Notes under the pieces: model-generated
The model's input: only the letters and a program-made list of their open reading frames with translations
Database searches by the model: none
What the model was told of the DNA's origin: nothing
Position numbers and translations under genes: made by a program
Part shown: positions 8,732-18,287 of the stretch, piece after piece
How the letters are laid out: each line of letters starts with the position of its first letter
How positions within the stretch are numbered: the first letter of the stretch is position 1
From: Candidatus Enterousia sp.
Lineage (GTDB): Bacteria > Pseudomonadota > Alphaproteobacteria > Rs-D84
Assembly (NCBI GenBank): GCA_045114635.1
Contig: JBGUKY010000022.1
Coordinates: forward strand, 4,680-68,679
Direction of reading: 5' to 3'
DNA length: 64,000 nt

Positions 8732-9865
8732 TTAATGAAATATATAACTGTCTATACCATTTGCCGCTGCCGCGTTTTTAGCGTTTTGCGCGGCGCTTTC
8801 TGACAAACCGTTTACCCGCACACGATAAAGCCCACTTTCATTTTGTTGTATATCGGCACTTAATCCTATTGCATTTTTAACTTTTTGAGCCTGACTTTGT
8901 GCCGAAGAATAAGATGAAAAAGCACCAAATTGAACACCGGCGCCACCAGTAGAGACACTTGGTTTAATTTTTGGTTCTGATTTTTTATCCGTGGCATATT
9001 TTGCAATAGGATTCGCACCTGTTGGTGACTCTGTATAGGTTTGTTGTGGTTTAACATAAACAGTATTTGTTTTACCAGCCGCAGCAAAGCCACGATTCAA
9101 CATCTTTGTAGCAACTTCCGCGCGCACATCTTTGTTTTCAGCGCCCAAAACAACAGCGATTAAATGAACATCATCACGTTTAGCGGTTGCGACCAAAGAA
9201 TATTTTGATTTATTTGTAAACCCTGTTTTCATACCATCACATCCAGGATAAGTGCCAAGCAAACGATTACCGTTTGTGTATGTTTTACCGTCATAGGTCC
9301 ATGTTTTAATTCCAAAATATTTCCAATATTGTGGAAAATGTTTATACACAGCCATCGAAAGCAATGCTATATCACGCGCAGTAGACATATGATCATTATT
9401 TGGTAAACCAGAAGAGTTTTCAAAATTAGTATTTTGCAGTCCTATTTCATTTGCAACACGCGTCATTAAATTTGCAAAGTTACCTTCCTTGCCGCCCTGA
9501 AGATTTTCAGCCAATACACGCGCGACATCATTTGCAGAATGTACAGCAACAGCCTTGATTGCGTTTTCTACTGTGATTTTGCTGCCAGCTGGCAATCCCA
9601 ATTTTACAGGTTCGGCATTCGCCGCATATTTAGACACAATTAAATAATCATCCAAATGTAATCTGCCATGTTCCAGCGCATCAAAAGTTAAATACAATGT
9701 CATTATTTTTGTTAATGATGCAGGATAATTTAATTGATTTGCATTTTCTTGATATAAAACACGTCCTGAATCAATATCAGCAACTAATACAGCCTTGTAC
9801 TGTGCGGCACCCGCAACACCACAGAACAAAAACAACGAAACAATAAATGATAAAACTCTCTTCAT
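8732..9865 (-). CDS. D-alanyl-D-alanine carboxypeptidase (peptidase S11, PBP5/6-like) with C-terminal SPOR domain
   Basis: Signal peptide. Active-site motifs SLTK, SANDV (SxN) and KTGFT. The C-terminal ~70 aa (GVQFGAFSSYSSAQ...LYRVRVNGLSESAAQ) looks like a SPOR domain. Confidence 0.85.
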   Translation of the reverse strand: MKRVLSFIVSLFLFCGVAGAAQYKAVLVADIDSGRVLYQENANQLNYPASLTKIMTLYLTFDALEHGRLHLDDYLIVSKYAANAEPVKLGLPAGSKITVENAIKAVAVHSANDVARVLAENLQGGKEGNFANLMTRVANEIGLQNTNFENSSGLPNNDHMSTARDIALLSMAVYKHFPQYWKYFGIKTWTYDGKTYTNGNRLLGTYPGCDGMKTGFTNKSKYSLVATAKRDDVHLIAVVLGAENKDVRAEVATKMLNRGFAAAGKTNTVYVKPQQTYTESPTGANPIAKYATDKKSEPKIKPSVSTGGAGVQFGAFSSYSSAQSQAQKVKNAIGLSADIQQNESGLYRVRVNGLSESAAQNAKNAAAANGIDSYIFH

Positions 9866-9971
9866 AACAGATAAATCATAGTAAAAATACTATAATTCGG
9901 TCAATAACAAAAATATTGACAAACAGCATTCAAATATTACAATCACACGACAATAATAAAAAGGATAAAAT

Positions 9972-10223
9972 ATGTCAGAATCATTTGAACCAATTGGACA
10001 AACACATAGTAAAAACACCAAAACAAACGCTTGGGAACCTGCTGTATGGGCTTTTATTTGTGGTGCAACAACACTAACAACCATAGACACTTTGACAATT
10101 TCTGACATTGCTCCAAAATGGTTAAAAATTGTAACTGTATTAACAACAGCAGGACTAGCTGCTGGCAGTGCTTACAAAACATACAAATCTGTGAAAGCTA
10201 TAAACAATACAAAACAACGTTAA
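9972..10223 (+). CDS. small membrane protein (83 aa, two hydrophobic segments), unknown function
   Basis: SD-like AAGGA 6 nt upstream of the ATG. An intrinsic terminator follows. The antisense ORF 9890..10108 has no such signals. Confidence 0.5.
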   Translation: MSESFEPIGQTHSKNTKTNAWEPAVWAFICGATTLTTIDTLTISDIAPKWLKIVTVLTTAGLAAGSAYKTYKSVKAINNTKQR

Positions 10224-10250
10224 AAAAACCGGGGTTGACCCGGTTTTTTA
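10222..10250. terminator. bidirectional intrinsic terminator (small membrane ORF / pyk)
   Basis: AAAAAAACCGGG-GTTGA-CCCGGTTTTTT. Confidence 0.75.
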
Positions 10251-11618
10251 ATCTAATGTTCGCAGACTGATTTTATCATCATCTACGATAACAAGTTTTC
10301 CGATTCCTATACCAAACTGACGCACTGATTCAAATGCCAATCTTTGACCGAACAAAGATGAATCAAGCAATGGAAATACACCGCGAACCAAACTTAACTG
10401 ATTTGCAGTTGTTTCATCACCACATACTGCAATAATTGGAATATCAGGACGACGACATGCTATCTGTGTTGCGATATCTGTATCGCGTGCAAATACAACA
10501 ATAGCAACAGCTTTGTTCAAATATGCCATCGAAGATACCGAACGCGACCAATCGTTTTCTGGCAAATTATCTATGCGCGACCAATCATATGGATTTGCAA
10601 TAGCATCCGCATCAGAATAAGACAAAATTTTATCCATGGTTTCGATTACATTAACTGGATTATCACCAATGGTTGTTTCTTCCGAAGTCATTGTGGAATC
10701 AGCGCGCAAATATGCGGTATTTGCAACGTCTGATATTTCCGCACGCGTTGGAAATTCAGAATGTACCATACTTGATAACATTTGTGTTGCCATAATAACA
10801 GGACGGTTTAATTTTCTGCATTCGCGAATAATATGACGCGATACAGCCGGAACTTGTTCAAAAGGTAATTCAACCGCCAAATCACCGCGTGCGATCATTA
10901 TCGCATCTGCTGCTGTTGCTATATCTACAATACGATCAACAGCATTTGGACGTTCTATTTTTGCGATGATTTTTATTGGGTGTGATGTTCTTTGATTGAT
11001 AAAATCACGAACGAATGCGATATCTTCCGCCCTTTGAACAAAAGACAATGCAACATAATCAGGATTTTTTGTAATTGCGTATTCAAGGTCGGCCTTGTCT
11101 TTCGCAGTTAAAATTTCTGTATCAATATCTGTATCAGGCAAATTAAAACCACGACGCGACCATATTTCATCACCACGCACAACTGTTGTTTCAATTTTAT
11201 CATCAAATACAGCATCAACCTTTAATTCGATCTTGCCATCATTCAATAAAACCCTGTCACCAATATTCAATGATTTCATCACATCTGCGTCGGGCAACTG
11301 GACTCGAACTTCATTGCCAGGGGTTGGATCAGAATCAAGTGTGAACTTTTGTCCTATCTTTAACGGATAATGGTTTTCCGTTTCAAATGCCCCTATTCTG
11401 TGTTTTGGCCCCTGAATATCAACTATGATCCCCACAGGAATATTTAATTCTTTACTTACAGAACGTATCATATCTATCTTGGCACCCTGAACATCGCCAG
11501 TATCATGACTGAAATTAAGGCGGCACATATTTACCCCGGCCTTTATCATTTTTTTGATTATTTCACGGCTTTCGCTATTTGGTCCAATGGATGCTGTAAT
11601 TTTCGTAAATCTTGTCAA
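10248..11618 (-). CDS. pyk: pyruvate kinase
   Basis: 456 aa. KITASIGP...AGVNMCRLNFSHD N-terminus, the MIARGDLAVELP motif and MATQMLSSM are typical of Pyk. Confidence 0.9.
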   Translation of the reverse strand: MTRFTKITASIGPNSESREIIKKMIKAGVNMCRLNFSHDTGDVQGAKIDMIRSVSKELNIPVGIIVDIQGPKHRIGAFETENHYPLKIGQKFTLDSDPTPGNEVRVQLPDADVMKSLNIGDRVLLNDGKIELKVDAVFDDKIETTVVRGDEIWSRRGFNLPDTDIDTEILTAKDKADLEYAITKNPDYVALSFVQRAEDIAFVRDFINQRTSHPIKIIAKIERPNAVDRIVDIATAADAIMIARGDLAVELPFEQVPAVSRHIIRECRKLNRPVIMATQMLSSMVHSEFPTRAEISDVANTAYLRADSTMTSEETTIGDNPVNVIETMDKILSYSDADAIANPYDWSRIDNLPENDWSRSVSSMAYLNKAVAIVVFARDTDIATQIACRRPDIPIIAVCGDETTANQLSLVRGVFPLLDSSLFGQRLAFESVRQFGIGIGKLVIVDDDKISLRTLD

Positions 11619-11718
11619 TGCTCTCTCCTGCGTTCACAATAGAAAATATTTGATTTTTATTATTGATAATATATCATATAGTTTATCTTACAATACATAA
11701 AAAAACAAGGGGAAGAAT

Positions 11719-11967
11719 ATGAAAAACGCAAATCATGGTGCAATTGATAATGCTCAATTAATAAGTATCATTGAACGTATTGAAAAATTAAATGAAGATA
11801 CTGCGGCTATTGCTGCTGACATTAAAGAAGTTTATAGTGAGGCTAAATCAGCAGGATACGATCCAAAATACATTCGTCAAATGATACGTTTGCGTAAATT
11901 GGACCCAGATGAATTGGATGAAGCAGACGAATTAACAAAAATGTATCGTGATGCATTAGGATTATAA
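11719..11967 (+). CDS. gapR: DUF2312/GapR-family DNA-binding protein
   Basis: 82 aa. QLISIIERIEKLNEDTAAIAADIKEVYSEAKSAGYDPKYIRQMIRLRK matches the conserved GapR/DUF2312 pattern as I recall it. That family is essentially alphaproteobacterial. Confidence 0.8.
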   Translation: MKNANHGAIDNAQLISIIERIEKLNEDTAAIAADIKEVYSEAKSAGYDPKYIRQMIRLRKLDPDELDEADELTKMYRDALGL

Positions 11968-12282
11968 ATGAAAACATTCACAAGACGCATTGAAAACTTC
12001 ACCTGCGCCCATTGTGGCGCAGATGTTTTAGGTAATGGGTACACGAACCATTGTCCAAAATGTTTGTGGTCAAAACATGTTGATAATAATCCGGGCGACA
12101 GACAATCAACATGTGGCGGCATGATGAAACCAATTGCTGTTGCGCCAGACAAGGACGGATATATCATCACACACAAATGTGAAAAATGTGGCAAAACAAT
12201 AAAACAACATACCGCAGAAAATGATGATATAGATACAATAATTGCAATATCATCAAATCCTGATTTTATTTTCGGGAAATAA
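11968..12282 (+). CDS. RNHCP-domain zinc-ribbon protein
   Basis: 104 aa. FTCAHCGADV...YTNHCPKCLWSKH...CGG...HKCEKCG matches the RNHCP-domain arrangement. The start codon abuts the gapR stop. Confidence 0.7.
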   Translation: MKTFTRRIENFTCAHCGADVLGNGYTNHCPKCLWSKHVDNNPGDRQSTCGGMMKPIAVAPDKDGYIITHKCEKCGKTIKQHTAENDDIDTIIAISSNPDFIFGK

Positions 12283-12300
12283 TATGACAAAGGATTAACA

Positions 12301-13095
12301 ATGACAAAAACTATTATTGCTATTGGTGGTGGCCATATGGGACAAGTCAAAGTATATGAAGACGGTCATTGCGAACAAAGGCCTTGGGACACCGAACAGG
12401 CGGACAGAAAGATTGTAGCATTAGCGCGCAAAAATAAAGAACAACCAATTGTTGTATTTATTGGTGCTGCAAGCAATGATAGTGCATCTTATTTTGAAGC
12501 GGTTAAAGAATTGTTTGAAAACCGTCTTGGGTGTGTTGCTAAAAATCTTATTCTGACAGATTTAACACAAAGACCAAGCACCGAACAAATTCGCGAAATG
12601 ATTATGGGCGCCGATATTGTTTATGTTGGTGGTGGTAACACTACAAGACTGATGAACGCTTTGAAAGATTCTGGCACAGATAACATACTACAAGAGGCAT
12701 ATAATAATGGTGTTATTATGTCTGGTAACAGTGCTGGTGGTTGTGTTTGGTTTGAATATTATGATAATGACGAAGACGAAGATTTTGATGGCACAGAATC
12801 CACATTTAAAACAAAACGCGCTTTGGGTTTTGTAAAAGGGTATTTCTGCCCACATTGGAATACAAAACCAGAACAAGGGATAGATAAAGAAGCAAGTTCC
12901 AAAGATGCCATAAAAAGAATGTTAATCAAAGAATCTAAGTTTGGCTATGGTGTTGATGAACCTGCTGCTATTATGATTCAAATTGATGGCGACAAACAGA
13001 TTATGACTGAAATCATATCTAAACCAGGCGCGAGAGTTTACAAATTGAATCAAGATAAGCAAAACATTCGTCCTGATAACAACCTGCAAAGATAA
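12301..13095 (+). CDS. peptidase S51 family protein (dipeptidase E / cyanophycinase-like)
   Basis: VYVGGGNTTRLMNAL...GVIMSGNSAGGCVW contains the GGGNT and G-x-SAG nucleophile motifs of family S51. Confidence 0.75.
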   Translation: MTKTIIAIGGGHMGQVKVYEDGHCEQRPWDTEQADRKIVALARKNKEQPIVVFIGAASNDSASYFEAVKELFENRLGCVAKNLILTDLTQRPSTEQIREMIMGADIVYVGGGNTTRLMNALKDSGTDNILQEAYNNGVIMSGNSAGGCVWFEYYDNDEDEDFDGTESTFKTKRALGFVKGYFCPHWNTKPEQGIDKEASSKDAIKRMLIKESKFGYGVDEPAAIMIQIDGDKQIMTEIISKPGARVYKLNQDKQNIRPDNNLQR

Positions 13096-13105
13096 AAACA
13101 ATATC

Positions 13106-13220
13106 TTGCTTTTACGAATATTTGTAATACAATTTAAGTGTGTAATTTGAACAAAAGGATAAAACCGATGCGTATGTAATATTGTAATTTTTTATAAATC
13201 ACACATAGAAATATGTGTCT
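13106..13220 (+). promoter_or_regulatory. candidate promoter plus leader (mini-ORF and hairpin) upstream of the ABC-F gene
   Basis: TTGCTT (13106-13111), 16-nt spacer, TACAAT (13128-13133). AAGGA SD then ATG CGT ATG TAA (13168-13179). Hairpin ACACATA-GAAA-TATGTGT (13201-13218) about 30 nt before the ABC-F start. Confidence 0.35.
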
Positions 13221-13248
13221 GTTTAATTGCAATAGCAGAGGTTTTATT

Positions 13249-14631
13249 ATGGCTTTAATTTCTTTATCAAATGTATCTTTTGGTTATAACGACAATAATT
13301 TATTGGACGGTGTGTCAATTGCTTTTAAAACACATGAACATGTTGCAATTATTGGCGATAACGGATCTGGTAAAACAACAATGTTAAAGTTGTTGTCTGG
13401 GGATTTATCGCCTGATTCTGGTAACGTTAGTCGGAATGCAAGTATATATATGTTGAATCAAATCAATGTATCTGATTCTAAAAGTGGTGGCGAACAACAA
13501 ATGTCTGCACTTATGCGCGCTTTTGAATCTGGGGCTGATATTTTATTGTTGGACGAACCAACAAACAACCTTGATTCTGACGCCAAACAAGTATTTTTTA
13601 ATCAATTAAACAACTATCCAAATGGTGTTGTTATTGTTTCACACGACCGAGAACTTTTACAACAAATGGATAAAATCATTGAATTACAAAACGGCAAATT
13701 AAAAGTATATGGTGGTAATTATGATTTCTATCTGACACAAAAACAGATTGAATCGGATAGCATTTATTCAAAATATACTGACACACAAAAATCTATTGCA
13801 AAATTGAATAATACTATGAATATTGCCCAAAACACTCGTCAACATCATGAAGCAAAACAACAAAAAGAAATCGGTACAGCCAGACGAAGCAGATTGGAAG
13901 CAAATGCTCTGAAAGGCAAAAGCATTGAAACAGAAGCAAAGAAACGAGCAGTTATCCAAAAGAAACTGAACGAACAAATATCCCTGCAACAATCTTTGTC
14001 TGAACAAATGCGATTTGAGCCTATTAAAATTCCTATGCCAAACAAGCCGTTTTACAGCAAAGAATTGGTACAAATATCTGGTTTGTGTTTTGCTTATGGT
14101 TCTAAACAGATTTTTGATAATTTTGACTTTACTATGTATGGCGGTCAGCGTGTTCGTATTGTTGGAAAAAACGGGTCTGGTAAATCAACATTGTTAAAAA
14201 TTATATGTGGTGAATTAAAACCACAATCTGGAACAGTAAAAACATTTGGTAAGATCACTTATTTGAATCAAGATTTATCTGTATTAGATAAAAGCAAAAG
14301 CATAGTTGAAAATATAATAGAAATATCAGGTTGCTTGAAACACGATGCACATGCGATTGCTGCTAATTTTGGTTTTCGTGGTGATTCTTCTATGAAACGC
14401 GTTGGTGTGTTATCGGGTGGTGAATTATTAAAAGCAACATTAGCAGCGGTTCTTGGCAGCCCTGAACAACCAGATTTGTTAATACTGGACGAACCTACAA
14501 ATAATCTTGAAATCAAAAGCATATCAATTTTGGAAGAAGCATTGAACCAATATCATGGTGCAATATTGCTGGTATCACACGACGATATGTTTGTTAAAAA
14601 CATAAAAACAGATACAGAAATATATTTATAA
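13249..14631 (+). CDS. ABC-F family ATPase (two NBDs joined by a charged linker, no TM domain); architecture resembles ARE-type Vga/Msr/Lsa proteins
   Basis: Two Walker A motifs (GDNGSGKTT, GKNGSGKST), two signature/Walker B blocks (SGGEQQ...LLLDEPTNNLD, LSGGELLK...LILDEPTNNLE), and a Lys/Gln-rich ~100-aa linker. NBD1 is compact. Start moved to ATG 13249 (AGAGG upstream) because the track start at 13213 lies inside a hairpin. Confidence 0.85.
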   Translation: MALISLSNVSFGYNDNNLLDGVSIAFKTHEHVAIIGDNGSGKTTMLKLLSGDLSPDSGNVSRNASIYMLNQINVSDSKSGGEQQMSALMRAFESGADILLLDEPTNNLDSDAKQVFFNQLNNYPNGVVIVSHDRELLQQMDKIIELQNGKLKVYGGNYDFYLTQKQIESDSIYSKYTDTQKSIAKLNNTMNIAQNTRQHHEAKQQKEIGTARRSRLEANALKGKSIETEAKKRAVIQKKLNEQISLQQSLSEQMRFEPIKIPMPNKPFYSKELVQISGLCFAYGSKQIFDNFDFTMYGGQRVRIVGKNGSGKSTLLKIICGELKPQSGTVKTFGKITYLNQDLSVLDKSKSIVENIIEISGCLKHDAHAIAANFGFRGDSSMKRVGVLSGGELLKATLAAVLGSPEQPDLLILDEPTNNLEIKSISILEEALNQYHGAILLVSHDDMFVKNIKTDTEIYL

Positions 14632-14660
14632 AAAAGTCCCGAATATTTCGGGACTTTTTA
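14632..14660. terminator. bidirectional intrinsic terminator (ABC-F / pyrG)
   Basis: AAAAGTCCCGAA-TAT-TTCGGGACTTTT. Confidence 0.8.
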
Positions 14661-16229
14661 TTACTTTCTTTTCGCAGCGGCTATAAATGCATTAAACAAT
14701 GGATGGCCACTAAATGGACTGCTTTGAAACTCTGGATGGAATTGGCCCGCTATAAAGAACGGATGCGATGGTATTTCTACAATTTCTGGTAATTTACCAT
14801 CAGGTGATATTCCAGATATTATCATCCCCGCCTTTTCCAGCGCATCTTTATATTTGATATTCACTTCGTATCTGTGGCGATGACGTTCAGAGATGCTTGT
14901 TGTACCCCATATTTTTTCTGCCAAAGTCCCTGGTTTAATTTCACAAGGATATGCACCCAAACGAAGTGTTCCGCCCATGTTTTCTTTATCACAATCCGCC
15001 ATAATATCTATCACAGGCGTACAATTTTTTGCGAATTCAGTAGAATTAGCGTTTTTATCACCAACAACATTTCGCATAAACTCTATAACAGCAACCTGCA
15101 TACCTAAACAAATACCCATAAATGGAATCTTGTTTTCGCGCGCGTAATTAGCAGCCGCAATTTTGCCGTCCACACCACGCGTTCCAAATCCGCCAGGTAT
15201 CAAGATACCATCAACATCGGCACAATCTTCTGGGGTAAAGTGTTCTGCATCTATCTTTTTTATTTTTAAATGAACATTGTTTTGAACACTTGCGTGGAAC
15301 AATGCTTCATTCAAAGATTTATAAGCATCAGCAATATCAAAATACTTTCCAACCATACCAATTGTACATGTTGGCAAATCGTTATTAAGATGATGTTCAA
15401 TCTTTTTGAATTTCGACACATCGCCAGCCGCATTTGGCAAACCAAAATGTTCTGCCATTATCGCAAACACATCTTGTTCATCATAAACAAGCGGTATTTT
15501 ATAGATATTATCCACGTTCATACTTGTTATAACGTTCTTGGCTGGCAAATTACAGAACATACCGATTTTAGCACGTTCTTCGGCTGTCAACATACGCGGC
15601 GAACGAACAAACAACATATCGGCCTGGATACCTGTTTCTAATAATCTACGCACAGACATTTGGGTTGGTTTTGTTTTTAATTCACCACTTTGTTCAAGAT
15701 ATGGTGCCAAAGCAAGATGCGCAAACAAAACATTTCTGCGTCCAATATCGTTGGCGAATTGACGTATTGATTCAAGGAATATTTTCTGTTCAATATCCCC
15801 GACCGTTCCACCAATTTCGCAAATTACAAAATCTGTATCTGTTGGCAACGCAATATGTTCTTTAATCTTGTTTGAAACATGCGGAATCATTTGAACAGTT
15901 GCACCCAAATAATCGCCACGACGTTCAGCATTTAAAACTTCCCAATAAATACGCCCGCCAGAACAAGAATCATTTCGCGACAGTTTTATCCCCAAAAACC
16001 TTTCGTAATATCCCAAATCAAGATCTGTTTCAAAACCGTCATTAGTCACATAAACTTCCCCATGCTGTAATGGCGACATAGTTCCCGGATCAATATTTAA
16101 ATACGGGTCAAATTTACGAACATGAACACTATATCCACGGGATTGAAGAAGGGCGCCCAACGATGCCGCTGAAACGCCCTTACCTAAACTCGATACAACC
16201 CCGCCAGTAACAAAAATATATCTTGGCAT
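14661..16229 (-). CDS. pyrG: CTP synthase
   Basis: 522 aa. MPRYIFVTGGVVSSLGKG N-terminus and a glutamine amidotransferase domain with GICLGMQ and a HPEF-type tail. Confidence 0.95.
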   Translation of the reverse strand: MPRYIFVTGGVVSSLGKGVSAASLGALLQSRGYSVHVRKFDPYLNIDPGTMSPLQHGEVYVTNDGFETDLDLGYYERFLGIKLSRNDSCSGGRIYWEVLNAERRGDYLGATVQMIPHVSNKIKEHIALPTDTDFVICEIGGTVGDIEQKIFLESIRQFANDIGRRNVLFAHLALAPYLEQSGELKTKPTQMSVRRLLETGIQADMLFVRSPRMLTAEERAKIGMFCNLPAKNVITSMNVDNIYKIPLVYDEQDVFAIMAEHFGLPNAAGDVSKFKKIEHHLNNDLPTCTIGMVGKYFDIADAYKSLNEALFHASVQNNVHLKIKKIDAEHFTPEDCADVDGILIPGGFGTRGVDGKIAAANYARENKIPFMGICLGMQVAVIEFMRNVVGDKNANSTEFAKNCTPVIDIMADCDKENMGGTLRLGAYPCEIKPGTLAEKIWGTTSISERHRHRYEVNIKYKDALEKAGMIISGISPDGKLPEIVEIPSHPFFIAGQFHPEFQSSPFSGHPLFNAFIAAAKRK

Positions 16230-16307
16230 AAGCTTTTCTCCTTATGCTTAATCAGCGTAAAAAATTATTGGTTGCACGTCAAGCAAATAAAATCCTATAA
16301 TCAAAAT

Positions 16308-18287
16308 ATGAAAGAAATCCTGGATATCCAATATAAAAATTTGTTTTTATGGACACCTTTTGTTGTGGCATTTGGCGCCGCATTGTATTTTTCATTGGGT
16401 GTTGAGCCAAACTTTCATTTTCCAATTATTATAACAGCCCTTGTTTGTGGGATATTTTACAAATACAAAAATGTTGTTATACGCGCTTTGGCTTTATTTC
16501 TGTTTGGTTTCTTTTACGCGATGTCTTTCACACAAATAATAGACACACATCAGATTAAAGATTCTTTTGATTTTGTTTCTGTAAATGGTGTTGTCAAAGA
16601 TGTTGATTTTACATCTGATTCAACGCGTGTTTTATTAAGTGTAAACGGACAACAAATTGATGAAAGTTTACCAAATAAAAATCTTAATATTCGTGTTTCA
16701 ATCAAAGAAGACGTACCGGACATTGGTGATACGATAAGCGGTAAAATAAAAGTATTTCATCCATCACCAAAATATACACCGTCTTCTTTTGATTTTGCAC
16801 GATGGGCATATTTTTCAAAAATATCAGGCACAGGCTTTTTCAAAGATTACGAAATTATAAAATCAGAAAAACAAAACAGTATACGCACATTTATTCACAA
16901 CAAATCTGATTCCGTTTTGACAGATGCGCTTGTTCTTGGATATAAAAAAGTTATCCCAGAGAAAGAAAGCACAGTATGGAAATCTGTTGGTGTTGGTCAT
17001 GTATGGTCTATAAGTGGATTTCATATGACACTTATCGGTGGATGGTTATTCACACTGTTTTATTTGATATTTCGTTCAATACCATATATAACAAAACGAA
17101 TCCCAGCAAAATATCCAGCGATTATCTGTGCTTGGTTCGGTTTAATCTTTTATTTATGTATATCTGGAATAAGCATCGCGACACTTCGTGCATTTTTAAT
17201 GGCATCTTTGGTGTTTGTCGCAACTTTGTTGGGTCGTGGAATATTATCTTTACGAAACGCGGTATTGGCATTTTTAATAATATTTTTATTAAATCCATAC
17301 GCTGTTATGAACGCTGGTTTTCAATTATCATTTGCCGCTATATTTGGACTTGTTTGGTTCTTTGATGACAAACAATATACTAAACGAACATATATTCGTA
17401 AAATATTTCATTATATTTGTTTGTTATTTACAACAGCATTTATCGCAACAATATTTACATTACCATTTATAATCGCACATTTTGGATATATACCAATTTA
17501 TAGTTTAATCGGCAATATTATCCTTTTGCCTATATTTTCAATTGCGATTATGCCACTTGTTGTGATTGGGACAATATTTGCTTTATTCGGCAACCATTTT
17601 ATTTTGAATATAACAAACAGTGTTTATAATTTCGCATTATCAATCGCAAATCATATATCCGATTTACCATATGCGAACTTACAAATATCAAATCTTTCAA
17701 ATATAAGTCTTGTATTTATAGTTATAGGATTTTTGTGTTTGATATTGATAAACAAACCTGATGTCAAAAACTTTTTTATTAAAAATATAAACTATGTATT
17801 ATGTGCATGTTTCATATTAATTGGCACAACAATACATACGACACAATCAAAACCATTGTTTTACGCAACATCTGATCATGAACTTGTCGCGTTTAATGTG
17901 AACAACAAATTACAGTTCAATAAATCACGTGCATCAAAAAATTTCTTTGCTTTTAATTCATGGTATGAATTCAATAATGAACCACAACCAAATAAAAACC
18001 AAAGATACAAATGTGATCATGGTTTTTGTGTTTATAAAACACCAAAATGGAATTTGGTTTACATGCAAAACTTTACAGCAATTTTGGATAATATTGAAAA
18101 TGTTTGTAAAGATAAAAGCACAGATTATATCGTTACACCATTTGAAATAGATTCTAAAAATTGTCACGCAAAAATACTTAAAAACGGTTTAATGATTTAT
18201 CCAAATGGAAGTATTACAGAAATTATTAATCAGCGTCCGTGGCATAATCAGCCCGCACAAAATAAAGACCAGACGCAGGAGCATTGA
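16308..18287 (+). CDS. comEC: ComEC/Rec2-family DNA internalisation channel protein (no recognisable metallo-beta-lactamase domain)
   Basis: Polytopic protein with the competence-domain motif GVGHVWSISGFHMTLIGGW. I saw no HxHxDH motif in the C-terminal third. Start set at ATG 16308 (MKEILD) rather than the TTG at 16272. Confidence 0.8.
   Translation: MKEILDIQYKNLFLWTPFVVAFGAALYFSLGVEPNFHFPIIITALVCGIFYKYKNVVIRALALFLFGFFYAMSFTQIIDTHQIKDSFDFVSVNGVVKDVDFTSDSTRVLLSVNGQQIDESLPNKNLNIRVSIKEDVPDIGDTISGKIKVFHPSPKYTPSSFDFARWAYFSKISGTGFFKDYEIIKSEKQNSIRTFIHNKSDSVLTDALVLGYKKVIPEKESTVWKSVGVGHVWSISGFHMTLIGGWLFTLFYLIFRSIPYITKRIPAKYPAIICAWFGLIFYLCISGISIATLRAFLMASLVFVATLLGRGILSLRNAVLAFLIIFLLNPYAVMNAGFQLSFAAIFGLVWFFDDKQYTKRTYIRKIFHYICLLFTTAFIATIFTLPFIIAHFGYIPIYSLIGNIILLPIFSIAIMPLVVIGTIFALFGNHFILNITNSVYNFALSIANHISDLPYANLQISNLSNISLVFIVIGFLCLILINKPDVKNFFIKNINYVLCACFILIGTTIHTTQSKPLFYATSDHELVAFNVNNKLQFNKSRASKNFFAFNSWYEFNNEPQPNKNQRYKCDHGFCVYKTPKWNLVYMQNFTAILDNIENVCKDKSTDYIVTPFEIDSKNCHAKILKNGLMIYPNGSITEIINQRPWHNQPAQNKDQTQEH

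Noticed and set aside
9972-10223. Possibility that the 83-aa two-helix membrane protein is a VirB2/TrbC-type pilin
   Set aside because: There is no signal peptide or recognisable pilin processing motif, and it is far from other T4SS genes. Two hydrophobic helices alone are not evidence.
11877-12350. 157-aa minus-strand ORF
   Set aside because: It is antisense to the RNHCP-domain gene and the gapR 3' end, both of which have recognisable motifs.
13213-13248. Track start (13213) for the ABC-F gene and track start (16272, TTG) for comEC
   Set aside because: 13213 lies inside the leader hairpin and adds MCLFNCNSRGFI before a conserved-looking MALISLSNV with an AGAGG SD. For comEC, ATG 16308 (MKEILD) is preferred over the TTG.
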